From the NCBI GenBank assembly GCA_964016885.1, contig OZ024746.1:72788001-72852000 (forward strand): a stretch of DNA of 64,000 nt, given 5' to 3'. The notes beneath the pieces were generated by a model. The model was not told where the DNA came from, searched no databases, and saw only the letters and a program-made list of their open reading frames with translations. The DNA is from Eledone cirrhosa (lineage: Eukaryota). A program made the position numbers and the translations under genes. This document shows, piece by piece, positions 23,650 through 36,755 of the stretch (the first letter of the stretch is position 1; every line of letters begins with the position of its first letter).

Positions 23650-26042
23650 AGGTTTATGTGTATTATACCAAAAAGCAGGCTTGGAAAGTATGGCGGGATG
23701 GGGGAAGCAGAGAAGACTATCAAGTGGCCAGGAGGGAAGCTAGGAGACAAGTGTACTTCGCAAGAAGGGAAGCAGAGGAAAGAAAGTTCAAGCATGTTCT
23801 ACAACGCGAGGACCAAAAACGTGGTGTTCAGGATTGCTAGGCAATGTGTCAAGGAAAACCGTGCTATTGTCGGGGAGAAGTGTGTACTTAATGATGACGG
23901 CGTACTTGCCATTACTGACGCTGATAAGAAGGTAGCTTGGAAGTGTCACTATGAAAGGCTACTAAATGAGGAGAATAAATGGGAGAAAGACAGTCTCCCC
24001 CACATTGACTCAATAGAAGGATCAGCAGTGTTAGTCGAGGGTAGTATAATAAGTAAGGCAATCAAAGATATGAAGACGGGTAAGGCGGCTGGGCCTTCGG
24101 AAATAGTTGCCGAGATGCTGAAGGCATCTGGCACGGTGGGACACACCATGGTCACCCGGATAGTTAACCAAGTCGTACAGAATGGGGTTGTTCCGAAGGA
24201 CTGGCGTAGCAGCATCATCGTTAACTGTTATAAGGGTAAAGGAGATGCCCTAGATAGGAGTAACTATAGAGGCATTAAATTAATCGACCAGGTCATGAAG
24301 GTCACGGAAAAAGTAATAGCGCAACTAATCAGAGAGAGAATTGATCTAGATGAAATGCAGTTCGGGTTTGTGTCAGGCAAAAGTACCACAGACGCTCTTT
24401 TCATTGTACGACAACTACAGGAGAAGTACCTAGCTAAAAGTAAACCCCTATACTTAGCTTTTGTCGACTTGGAGAAAGCCTTCGACAGAGTCCCCCGTTC
24501 CATTATCTGGTGGGCTCTTAGAAAACTAGGTGTTGACGAATGGCTTGTAAGAGCTATACAAGCCATGTATAAAGAAACAGTCAGCAAGGTTAGAATTAAC
24601 AACGAATATAGTGAAGAGTTTAGCGTAAAAGTTGGCGTCCATCAGGGCTCTGTTCTCAGACCCCTACTATATATTATTGCCCTTCAGGCTATAACAGAGG
24701 AGTTCAAGACCGGTTGCCCATGGGAACTCCTATACGCAGATGACCTAACACTCATAGCTGAATCAATGGCCGAGCTAGAGAAGAAATTCCAAACATGGAA
24801 GCACAGCCTAGAATCAAGAGGCCTTAAAATTAACCTGGCTAAGACTAAAGTTCTAGTTTGCAAGAAAGAAAATAAGGCGGCGGTCCCTTCCGTGTGTAGG
24901 AAAGGCGTAGGTAGAAACTCCATTTTGTGTCCCAAATGCAAAGTATGGGTGCATAAAAGATGTAGTGGGATCACAGGTAAGCTAACTAAGAACATAGATT
25001 TTACATGTGGCCGGTGCTCTGGTACAATAAGTAGCAGCAAGTGCCCACAAAATACTAGCTCTTTCAACTGCGCAGAGGGTTCTATAGAAATAGTGGACAG
25101 CTTCCGTTACCTGGGTGACAAAATCAGCAGTGGGGGAGGGTGCTCTGAAAGTACAGTAGCTAGAGTCAGAACTGGATGGAAAAAGTTCAGAGAGCTTATA
25201 CCACTATTAGCTGCTAAAGGGTTCTCCCTAAAAATGAAAGGCAGGTTGTACGATGCCTGTATACGAACAGCAATGTTGCATGGCAGTGAGACCTGGGCAT
25301 TGTGTGCAGAGGATATACGCAGACTAGAGAGGAACGAAGCTTGCATGCTCCGCTGGATGTGTAATAGTAATATAAGTGAACGGCAAAGCATAAACGAACT
25401 AAGGAAAAAATTAGAAATAAGAGGGATCAGATGTTTACTCGAGAGAAGGCTATGTTGGTATGGCCACGTGATGCGCATGAAAGACAACAGCTGTATAACA
25501 AAGTGCAGGGCAATAAAGATAGACGGTAGCCACGGAGTAGGCAGACCCAGAAAAACTTGGGACGAGCTGATAAATTCCGACCTCACACACTTACACCTCA
25601 CCAAGACAATGTCACTGGACTGAGACCTTTGGCGGTACTCAGTAATAGAGAAGACCCGCCTTACCTAAATACAAAGTAAAACCTACTACAGTCAGTAGGC
25701 ATCTCTAACAAAATACCCCCACACCGCCCCTTTCAATGTAAAGTTATGTTGGTGCCACAACATCCAGACCGAAACAAATGAGATCGTGTAGGTGTCACGT
25801 CAAAAAAACACACAGTTCATGCTGTAATGTGGCCGTGTAGACAACACAGTAAAAACCTCCCAGCCCCACACTGTAAATGTGGTTGGTGTTAGGAAGGGCA
25901 TCCAGCTGTAGAAAACCCGCCAGATAGTCCTATGCGAGCAAGATAATCACTCTTGACTCAAGTGGGAAACCCCCGTCCAAACCCATGCAAGCGTGGAACA
26001 CGGACGTTAAATGTTGATGATGATGATGATGATGATGATGAT
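23650..26042 (+). mobile_element. RTE-clade LINE, 5'-truncated, long RT ORF (655 aa) with Cys/His finger insert and (GAT)n tail
   Basis: Motifs [79 protein letters not shown] and GRPRKTW are all present. The 3' UTR ends in gatgatgat. Confidence 0.92.
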
Positions 26043-26099
26043 ATACATATGAAAATCTCACTATGATATTTTTTAAAGCAGTGATCATGTCACAGGTAT

Positions 26100-26830
26100 C
26101 TCAGTTGCGATCACAATACCAGGCAGCTGTTTCTGTATTTTTATCCGTCATCAGTGACATTTACTCACTCGTTACTGAAACAAGAATCGGGCAAAATCTA
26201 TATATTGTATGTGTATGAAACATCGACTGGGGTTGCTCATTTGCATATAGTGTGAACTTGACTGGTTAGGGATAATTAGAAGTGTCACATGTTAGTGTCA
26301 ATTCGAACATAATTATATTCCTGTTTATCTATGTGTTAATGGTAGTGGACATGTATGTGTGAGTGAATGTAAATTTGAATGCGTGTACTGTTTATGTGCG
26401 TTGAAGTAATTTAGTGTAGCGTATGTCCGTGAGAAGAGTGGATTAGTATGTGTGAGTGTGTGATAAATTATGATGTGTGTGTGTATGCTGAAGTTTATAA
26501 TGTATACGTGAAAAGTATCTAACTGTGATATGTATGTAAGCGTGTAAGTATTAACGAGTATGTGTCATAGGATAAAGAATGTAGTTTAGTGTGTGATAGA
26601 GAGTATATGACAGAACAGATTAAAGAAAGGTTTGTAAGGAGAATATAAGTTGCTGTTCCTTCTGCCAGTGTGAGTCAGGGGGTTCGGGACAATGTGCGAG
26701 CCCAAAGACACTGAGGTGGTGTGTGGAGTGGCAGGCGGATAGAAAATGTCAGGAGATTGGAGACGGGTTGTCGACTCGGATGTCCCAAAAGTGTTCAGCA
26801 AATCTATCAGCCAGACGAAGGCTAGTCATA
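26100..26830 (-). mobile_element. Old Penelope-like 3' fragment (GIY-YIG end) with a hammerhead motif
   Basis: The minus strand at about 26820-26690 reads RLADRFAEHFWDIRVDNPSPIS*HFLSACHSTHHLSVFG, homologous to the PLE at 13790. The motif caCTGATGAcggataaaaatacaGAAACagctg lies at 26120-26157. Confidence 0.7.
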
Positions 26831-28824
26831 TAACTTTATCATATACTTCATCAACTCAGCAGACAACTTAATATATATCTTAATTAACTACCAACATGAC
26901 TGCTAATAATATACTAGTTAGTACATCCATTTTAGGATACTACTGTTAGAGATACGGTTCATAAGCCCTTCCATTACGTGTTTCCTAGTGGTGGTTTAGA
27001 TGATATACATGCCTTCTCATGAAAGCGCAACTAGGCTTGAAAACCAGTTAAAGGTGTTTATCATTTTTACAATTTACAGAGAAATATACACATTTACGCG
27101 GTCTCGGTTACTTCTATTCTGTATATATATAATATTATATTCTGTATATATAATTTTATTTGTATACACACTATACACTTGATTGCCTGTCTATACACAC
27201 TCAGTATACTTGACTACCGGTCTTTATACATCCTTAAAAATATATATAATTGAGAAACTTAAGAATTGTTTGCAATTGGATTTATTGAATTCAAACATTT
27301 GCATCAAGGCTACACAAGAGAGGAGTATCGTCCATTAACATCGATTAAAATACATAACTAGAACATATTTTATTGACTCTTAGAGAAGAGAAAGGCTAAG
27401 TTTACCTCGGTGGAATTTGAGCCCAGAATGTAAATCTACTAAATATGACAAGATATATAGTGAAGCACTCTACAAGTTGTACCAGGGCTAACCACCATTT
27501 TAATAAGGACGAACAAAGAAATAAGGAATAAAAATAATGATTTATAATTTAGGCACATGGTCAGCAATTTGGGGGAAAGGAGAAGTCGATTAAATCGACC
27601 CAATACTTAACTGGTACTTTATTTTATCGATCGTGGAGTGATGAAAGGCAAAGTTGACCTAGGCGGGATTTAATATAATGCGAGTTGTATTAGTAGCAAT
27701 CCAAGGAGAATGCCGGAACTAATGCTATTGGTGATTCCAGTATCTGAAATAAAGGGAATATTTAGTTGTAGTTGCTAATAAAAATTTGGGATTACTTTAA
27801 TCATTTTGATACCAAATTGCCTGAAATTGCCCCTAGTTCTACGATACACAAGTTTTTGTTTTAAAGTGCTTATATTTATCTAAAAACTTTCCACCAAAAT
27901 TTTATGTAAGAACCTTTGTTATATTCTAAACACCAGATTAATAATAATTTCTAATTTAGGTACGAAGCCAGCAATTTGTGAAGAAGGGAAAGTTCATTAT
28001 ACTGACCTAGCACTATTCTGGTACTTTAATTTGACCTAATAATACCACAAAACATTTTGTTCGATGCTCAAAGGATTCTGCCAATCCACCACCTTCCAGA
28101 TTAATAACGAGAAAGTTATATTACTAAAATCCTCCAAATGCTTGATTATTTTCAAAATTGTTTGAAAATAATAGGCAGTCTTTGGTTAGAAATATAGTAA
28201 TGAAATGGTTAATGCTGGGATTCCCAATCTTTCTGCTCTACCGTCCTCTCCCTACTTAGAGATTATATTCCATCAATGCCCCTTCTCCCTTCTCTGATAC
28301 CTCGAAGGGGTGGTAATGCCCAGTTTGGAAATCACTGCTTTAATGCAATGACATTAAAAACATGTTGGAACAAAATATACGTGTATATTGACACAGGTAT
28401 ATAATATTTCACCTACATACATAAATATACATACAGGAATTAAAGTCTTTCCTTAACCCAAAGGCTCGACATGTTGATATTTATCTGTTTCATATTGCGT
28501 TAATTGATTAAGAATACAACACTCACCTCTCCGGACGGGACGCCAGTTTGTTGTAAGGTTAATACCCAACTGCTGTTGCTGGTATAGATTTTGTTTTCTA
28601 GCTGAGTGAACTGGAGCACCGTGAAATGGAGTGTTTTTCTTAAGGACAGAACGCGCCACCCGGTCCGAGAATAGGTTCCATGACCAATCATGGGCGAACA
28701 CCCTAACCATTAGGCTACGTGCCATCACATAATATTTTTATATATGAACACTATTCTATCAATCTATATTTTATGACCATAGAAATGATCTTTTTTACCA
28801 TTTAGTCAGGAAGAAAGGTAATAC

Positions 28825-28850
28825 TTATGACACTTTCGGGATCCCTGTGT
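28825..28850 (-). CDS. Micro-exon gene, putative terminal coding exon (N)TGIPKVS*
   Basis: Acceptor ccttctttcccctcaccag|ACACAGGGATCCCGAAAGTGTCATAA, in phase with exon 30286-30314. NTGI resembles the C-type exon NIGV. Confidence 0.55.
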
Positions 28851-31800
28851 CTGGTGAGGGGAAAGAAGGTATGCTCAAATTGGAAACCTAGTCTAAATGT
28901 TTCGAACAAAATTTGAATTCAATAACACAATAAAACAATTCGCATTAAGAAATAAATAAAGCTGAATAAATGATTTCTCTATTACCGTATATTTTGGAAC
29001 TGGTATATATGGCGCATCTTTATTTTGAAAGGAAATGTTCAGAGGAAAAAGCTACAGTGGTATCTAACATTTATATTCGGCAGAAAGGGCGCTCACAGAT
29101 TTTGACATCAAATTTTTAAAGTAAAAAAGTGTGTCTTATTACACTGAAAAATACAGTAAGTAACTTATTACATGATAAGTCACAAAGCTTAATTGACGTA
29201 TCGTGCAACATATGCCAATGTCCGGGAAAATATATGTGGAAAATTATGAGTAAGAATCACTCCCAGTGTTGATATTTATATAAAAATATTCCATCATAAT
29301 TTTATGTAATAACATTTGTTAAGTTATGCTACATAAATAACGAGCAAATTATATTACTAAATCGCCCCAAATATTTGATTATTTTAAAAATTTGAGGCAG
29401 TGTATTTCATTAGATATATGGTAACGAAAGTGTTAATAATATTGTTTATACTTTTGGCACAAGGCCAACAATCACCCCAGTGCATGACTGGTGCTTTATT
29501 TTATCGACCACGTAAGGATGAAAGGCAAACTTAACCGCGAGAGGATTTGAACTCAAAACTTAAAAGGGCACACCTCTATACTGCAAAGCATGGTGGCCTT
29601 AATAATATTGAATATCATGAGTATTGGCATTAGAATCATCGGGACATGATCCTCATCTATAAAGGTCCAGAATACTGACAAGAGACAAGACACACATTTA
29701 AGTAGCGGAAACTAAAGTGAGCTTTGCAAAGCATGGTCAACCATGACCTTATAGAATGGGGCTACATCAAATTCATCAATCAGTGTTCCCGTTGTTTAGT
29801 CAACTGAACAATCTATTTATGAACACGTCTACCCTTGATGTAATTCCCTGGAGGAATCAGAGTGACATAGTGTTTGACAAGGTTTGTCATTTGAATTACA
29901 TATACAGTATTTTCAACAGGCTTCCAAACAGTTTCCTTCTGCCCAATTTTATTCACATGGGTCTATCTGATGTTATGGTAAATGACACACTGTCCAAGAT
30001 GTCACACAGTGGGATCAAACCTGAGACTGATAGTGTAATGACAAATGAAGTCACAAATCACATGTGCTCTACATTATTTTCGGTCAAAAATCGATCTCAT
30101 CATCCATCTATAAATAGATAAACCTCAATCAATCATGAACCCAAAGTCACGGTTTACATCACCGATGGATGAGTACATAGAATATTACTAAGAAATAAAA
30201 AAGACATTATTGTTTCAAATAATATTTTGTTATCTCATAGAAGTAAAACAATGAAGAGTTTATATATAAGGGAGATAATACTTACTTAACGCCTTTTCTA
30301 TGCATTTCATCTTTCTGGAAAACAATGGTTAAAAAATATTTGTTTGTCAATAAAACAAAGATGAAAAAAATTAATTTATAAATAAATGTTGTTAATTTAG
30401 TGTTATGAAATGGAATAGACACCCAACAGTTTTAACGTTGAGTACTACAATTGTTCAATCAATGGTGCAGTTTGTTGGGGAAAATTATGTCAAAGTGGTT
30501 GAGCATTCTACAGGTTTCGGTTTATCCAATTTCACTAACAAGGCATGGATCAACCCAAGGTTATTGTAAATAACATTTGTCCAAGGTACTTCGCAGGAGG
30601 ATCAAACACACACCTTAATGATTGCGAAGTGAATCTGTTAACCATTCAGTAATGAATCATCCACAAGATTACAATATAATCATAAGAAATGCAGAGTAGA
30701 ATAAACTTACCTCTTGATATCAGTTTCTTTAACACAAAGCTCAGCCTTCTTCCCCCAAACTGGAGAATGGAGACAAAAATACATTAATCATGTTACTCTG
30801 GACCGAGTAATTTGAGTTCACATACAAATAGCAGTTTTGGTATATTAACTGGATATTAGATAAAATAACCAATAAAACCAAAACTGTTTATCATATTTCT
30901 TTAAAATATAAGGTTAACTTGATTACAAATATTACTAATTAATTATTATCTCAGATTTTATGTGTTTATATTGAACCAAGACCATTCCTTTTAGTAATAA
31001 ACGTGTTGTAGTATTTTGTGTTGGACCTCCGTTGGTGAATGTTCAAGTTGATGGATTAACAGAATAGCCAGCTGGTGATATTAACGTGGAAGTGGTAGTA
31101 CAGTCAGTGTTAGTAGTAGTGGTAACACAAAAATTAGCAACGGTAGGAATAGTAGTAGTAGTTTGGACTCAAGGTCAGCTTTTATTGACTCAGTCTTTCC
31201 AGCCATGACTATCCTGTCTGGTTTCCAAGTATAGTGTATCTAGGGCTATTATATTTTCTAGTATGATAAGATGTGTTTCGAGGGTCATTTTGTTACTAAT
31301 TCTAGCAGGTCGAGCAACCACATATAGGTTCCATCAAATGGGGTTAGTTGTATTAATACAATGTATATCTTTTACATCTTTGTGAGCCAATTGAATCAGA
31401 GCTGAGTAGCGCAAGGGAATTCTGGGTAGCCAATTGTGGCAGAGTATAGGTGTGTCACTGTGAGCTAGACATACCAATGTTACAAAGAGAATAGGAAGTT
31501 CCATTATTTAGATATGTTTCGGTGGATTGGCAGTATCGGTAGAGGGTCGGACGCCATGCTTTGACGCATAGAGTTACGGCCCTTGGCATTCGAAGTTCAA
31601 ATCCCGCCGAGAGTAATACACTGGGTAATTGCTGGCCTTGTGCCAAAAGTAGAAACAATTATTTAGATATGTTTCTAACATTTCATGTAAGAGAGAGAGA
31701 GAAAGAGAATGCAAAGAACATGAATATATACAGCAAAACATTTTGTCAGACACTCTAAATGATTCTGCCAATTTAAAATTGTTAACATAATAAAACAATT

Positions 31801-33888
31801 TGTATTGAGAAGTAAATACATATAAATAAATGATTTCTCTAATAACATTTTGTTTTCTACTAGAAGTAAAACGTAATGAACATTGTAAATATATATATAT
31901 ATATCGCCAGACAGTCCACGCTGTAATGTGGCCGTGTAGGCAACACGGTAAAAACCTCCCAGCCCCACATTGTAAATGTGGTTGGTGTTAGGAAGGGCAT
32001 CCAGCTGTAGAAAACCCGCCAGACAGTCCTATGCGAGCAAGACAATCACTCTTGCCTCAAGTGGGAAAACCCCCGTCCAAACCCATGCAAGCATGGAACA
32101 CAGACGTTAAACGATGATGATGATGATGATATATATATATATATATATATGTATATAAGGGAGATAATACTTACGTTTAGCTACACCATTTAGGCAATCC
32201 TTCTTTCTGGAAAACAAAGATGAAAAAAAATATTAATTTGTAAATAAATGTTGTTAATTTAGTGTTATGAAAGAGATAGGAAATGGAATAGACATCCAAC
32301 AGTTTTAACGTTGAGTGTTACTATTGTTCACTCAACAGAACAGCTTGTTAGGGAAAATTATGTCCAAGTGGCTGAGCATTCCATAGGTACGGAGTTTCAG
32401 TGTGATATACCATTTTAGCCCTGGGTTCAAATCACACGGAAATCTACTTTGACGTTTAATGATTTGGTTGGAAAAAATAGACACCAGCCTACTCATTGGA
32501 TTGATTATATCAACTAGACATTTCAAAGTAGGGGACTTTAACTTTTCATGATGTCGTAGGGACGTCATCATAACATACGGCCTGTGATGTGCGCTTAAAC
32601 TTGCCGGAATCTTTTCCTCTTCAGGTTTGAACAATGGCGATTTTAAGAGAGAAAGAGAGAGAGGAGTGGGGGTAAAGATAAATCCTTGTACAGAAACATT
32701 ATATATCTTGAGGGCGGTGGATTGGCAGTATCGGTAGAGGGTCGGACGCCATGCTTTGCGGCACAGTTACGTCCCTTTACGGACTGAGTTCAAATCCTGC
32801 CGAGGTTAACTTTGCCTTTCATCCTTACGGGGTCAATAAAATAAAGTACCAGTAATACACTGGGATAATTGCTGGCCTTGTACCAAAAGTAGAAACAATT
32901 ATATATCTTGAACTGATAAGCAGCAAGAGAGCCAGAATGAATATTGTGAAGCATTTTATCTGACATTCTCTGTGTGTGTGTGTTAGTGTATGTATGTATA
33001 CATACATATATATATATACTAGCAGAAAAACCATCCTTGGGTGGTTTTCTGCTAGCATGTGTAGTGTGTATATTGATATTATACGCAAGTATATATACAT
33101 GTAGATATGATATGTCAAATAAAATCGTAATTGACAATATACACAGAAATTGAAAAGAGTCCGTGTTACACTGTCTTATGTAATCAGTAACGTAATCCAT
33201 GATACATTAAAAAAAGACGATATCTTTATATATATAAAAGCGAGGATGTGTGTGTGTCTGTGTACAACTTTGCATGCATAAGGCTTTCACAATTACCAAC
33301 TGAATTTGACCAAATTTTCTGTGCACGTTGCACAGGTCGCTAAGATTGTTACATCACAAACATTTTTTAAATCGATCCACGTTGAGCAATAAAAAATCGA
33401 TATCAAAATTATTGGTAGAAAAATTGATGTAAGGGAGATAACAAACTTTATTGACAATCCTTATAAAAAAGGGAGATATCCTTTTCAAATATATTCGTTT
33501 GCATTATTTATTGAAGACTTCTGCTTATTTTGACATGTTGGGGACAAATAATGTTCTTTTACTTCCTAGCTATATATTCTTAGCATAATTTCAAACCCCG
33601 AGCAACGCAGGGTAAATCTGCTAGTTATATATAAACTGCATTAGGAGAAAATTAGTGACAGAAAATTAATGTTTATTTAAGCGATCGCCACCAGAAGTGA
33701 TGACATTTGAAAATTTTAAAGAAGTGAATCTTAAAATAAATAATAAAATATATTTAATGAACAGCCACGAAATTTAGTAGATAAATTATGTAATATTCAT
33801 TCATTATTTATTCAAAGTAATCCAACTTATTTTACTAATGGGATAAAAAATTATAAACCGTATGCAGTCCCGCGCGTCTTACTTTATT

Positions 33889-33920
<32 letters not shown>

Positions 33921-34132
33921 GATGAGATTCTACAGGACTAGAACTGTTTCATTCATTAGAAATCATCAGGAATCTGATGATTTCTAATGAATGAAACAGT
34001 TCTAGTCCTGTAGAATCTCATCTATATTAAAACTGTTATACTCTGCTATGTATTGAGTACCTTACTTACTGTGGTTACCTCCGATTCAACCCGGAATAAC
34101 GTATATATATATATATATATATACATACATAT

Positions 34133-34163
<31 letters not shown>

Positions 34164-35183
34164 CATATAAAGTAAAAACGTACGAAACACAGGACAGTCC
34201 TTTCTTACCAGCCGGAGATCCTTGTGATTTTGGTACTTTAATGTTGATACTGCTAGCTACAGTGTACATGTTCTTTTATATATTTAAACTTTACACTGCC
34301 TGAGTTCTCTGTCCTCTCTTTTTTAAAATTATTTTTCTATATAGCACTCTTTCATATTATGCATATCTATGTCTTCCACATTGCTGTTGCTTTTAATGTG
34401 TTTATTATCGAGGCCATCTTTTCTATGGTTTGTATGTATGTATGTATGTATGTTTCTCTTTCTCTTAATTTTGAGTACATTTTTGACCGGCCATCTTCCT
34501 GCTGGCAAGGTTGTAAAAGAAAAGAAATTGTAATCTTTGAATCGCAAGAATGTTTTGCAAATTTTTAGTGGGTTTAGCAAGAGGACAAAGATTATCAATT
34601 GATAAACTATCACCCTGAAAGATGCCTCTCTGGCACTGTATTGTATCAGTTTTAATTTGCTCTTTCTCACCCCTAAGGATCAAATTGGTGTACCAGTTCT
34701 TGGTCAGGCGTTCCACAGCAGCTACTAGTGGTTGTGGGACTTTGGCTAACTGTAAAGCCTTAATAATCCACCCATGAGGTACACTATCAAAAGCTTTCTG
34801 ATAGTCAAGCCACACCACAGTCATGTTCCTGCGATTCTTTGCTGTTTTTCCCTGGATTATTTTATTTGTTAGTAGGTGATCTATGCAGCCCCACACCTCC
34901 TTCTTTCCACCAGCTTGCTCAGGTGTTATAATGTTGTTGGTGGCACAATGATCCTGTAAGAACAGATTAAGGCACCCAGAGTGATTCGGGCTGTTTGTTT
35001 ACAAACAAACCAAACATTATAATAAATGTACGGTAAACCCATACGTACATATATATATGTGTGCATGTATATATATATACATACTACTGCACGTCTGTAC
35101 ACATATATGTATGTACGTATACATACTTAAATTTAGGTATCAGCCGTACTAAGAGTGAGAAATGAAATTTCGTTTCATTCTTT

Positions 35184-35232
<49 letters not shown>

Positions 35233-36723
35233 TCATATATATATACATATATATATAAATATCATATATATATACATATATAAATATATATACATATATA
35301 TATATATATAAATATCATATATATATACATATAAATATCATATATATATATATAAATATCATATATATATATAAATATCATATATATATATACATATATA
35401 TATATATACACATATATATAAATATCATATATATATATATATACACATATATATAAATATCATATATATATATATATAAATATCATCATCATGATATTTA
35501 TATATAACGTTTATCTTCCATGCTAGCATGGGTTTAGACAGGAAATGTCCCACATGAGGCAAGATTGGTTGTCTCGCTCATATAGGACTATCTGGCAGAT
35601 TTTCTACGGTTGGATGCCCTTCCTAACACCAACCACGTTTACAGTGTGGACTGGGAGGTTTTACTTTTTATACAGCTGTCGTCTTTCATGCGCATCACAT
35701 GACCATACACAGTCTTCTCTTGAGTAAACAATATCTGATCCCTCTTATACCTAATTTCCCACTTAGTTCATTTATGCTTTGCTGTTCACTTATATTACTA
35801 TTACACATCCAACGGAGCATGCATGCTTCATTCCTCTCCAGTCTGCATATATCCTCTGCACACAATGCCCATGTCTCACTGCCATGTAACATAGCTGTTC
35901 GTATGCAGGCATCATACAGTCTGCCTTTCATTTTTAGAGAGAAACCTTTAGTGGCCAATAGAGGTATAAGCTCTCTGAACTTTTTCCATCCCGTTCTGAC
36001 TCTGGCTACTGTACTTTCAGAGCACCCTCCACCACTGCTGATTTTGTCACCCAGGTAATGGAAGGTGTCCACTATTTCTATAGAGCCTCTGGGCAATAGA
36101 AGGAGCTAGTATCCTGTGGGCACTTGCTACTTATTGCACCTGAGCACTGGCCACATATAAAATCTACATTCTTAGATAGCTTACCTGTGATCCCACTACA
36201 TTTTTTATGCACCCATACTTTGCATTTGGCACATAAAATGGAATTTCTGCCTACTCCTTTGCTACACACTGAGCATGGCCATTTCCCAGAGGGGACCTGT
36301 GCCCTATTTTCCTTCCTACATACTAGAACTTTAGTCTTAGACAAGTTAACTTTAAGGCCTTTTGATTCTAGGCCATGCTTCCATGTTTGGAATTTCTTCT
36401 CTAGTTCAGCCATCGTTTCAGCTATGACTGTTAGATCATTTGCATATAGAAGTTCCCATGGGCAGCCGGTCTTGAACTCCTCTGTTATAGCCTGAAGGGC
36501 AATAATAAATAGGAGGGGGCTAGGAACAGAGCCCTGATGAACACTAACGTTTACGCTAAATTCTTCACTATATTCGTTGTTAATTCTAACCTTGCTGACC
36601 GTATCTTTATACATAGCTTGTATAGCTCTCACAAGCCATTCATCAACCCCTAGTTTTCTAAGGGCCCACCAGATAATGCTTTCTCCAAGTCAACAAATGT
36701 ATGTATATATATATATATATGTG

Positions 36724-36755
<32 letters not shown>

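Noticed and set aside
27098-27118. Possible micro-exon (cag|AATAGAAGTAACCGAGACCGC|gtaaat)
   Set aside because: No polypyrimidine tract, no homology to the A/B/C flanks, and it lies in a PLE-terminus-like region downstream of the predicted stop.
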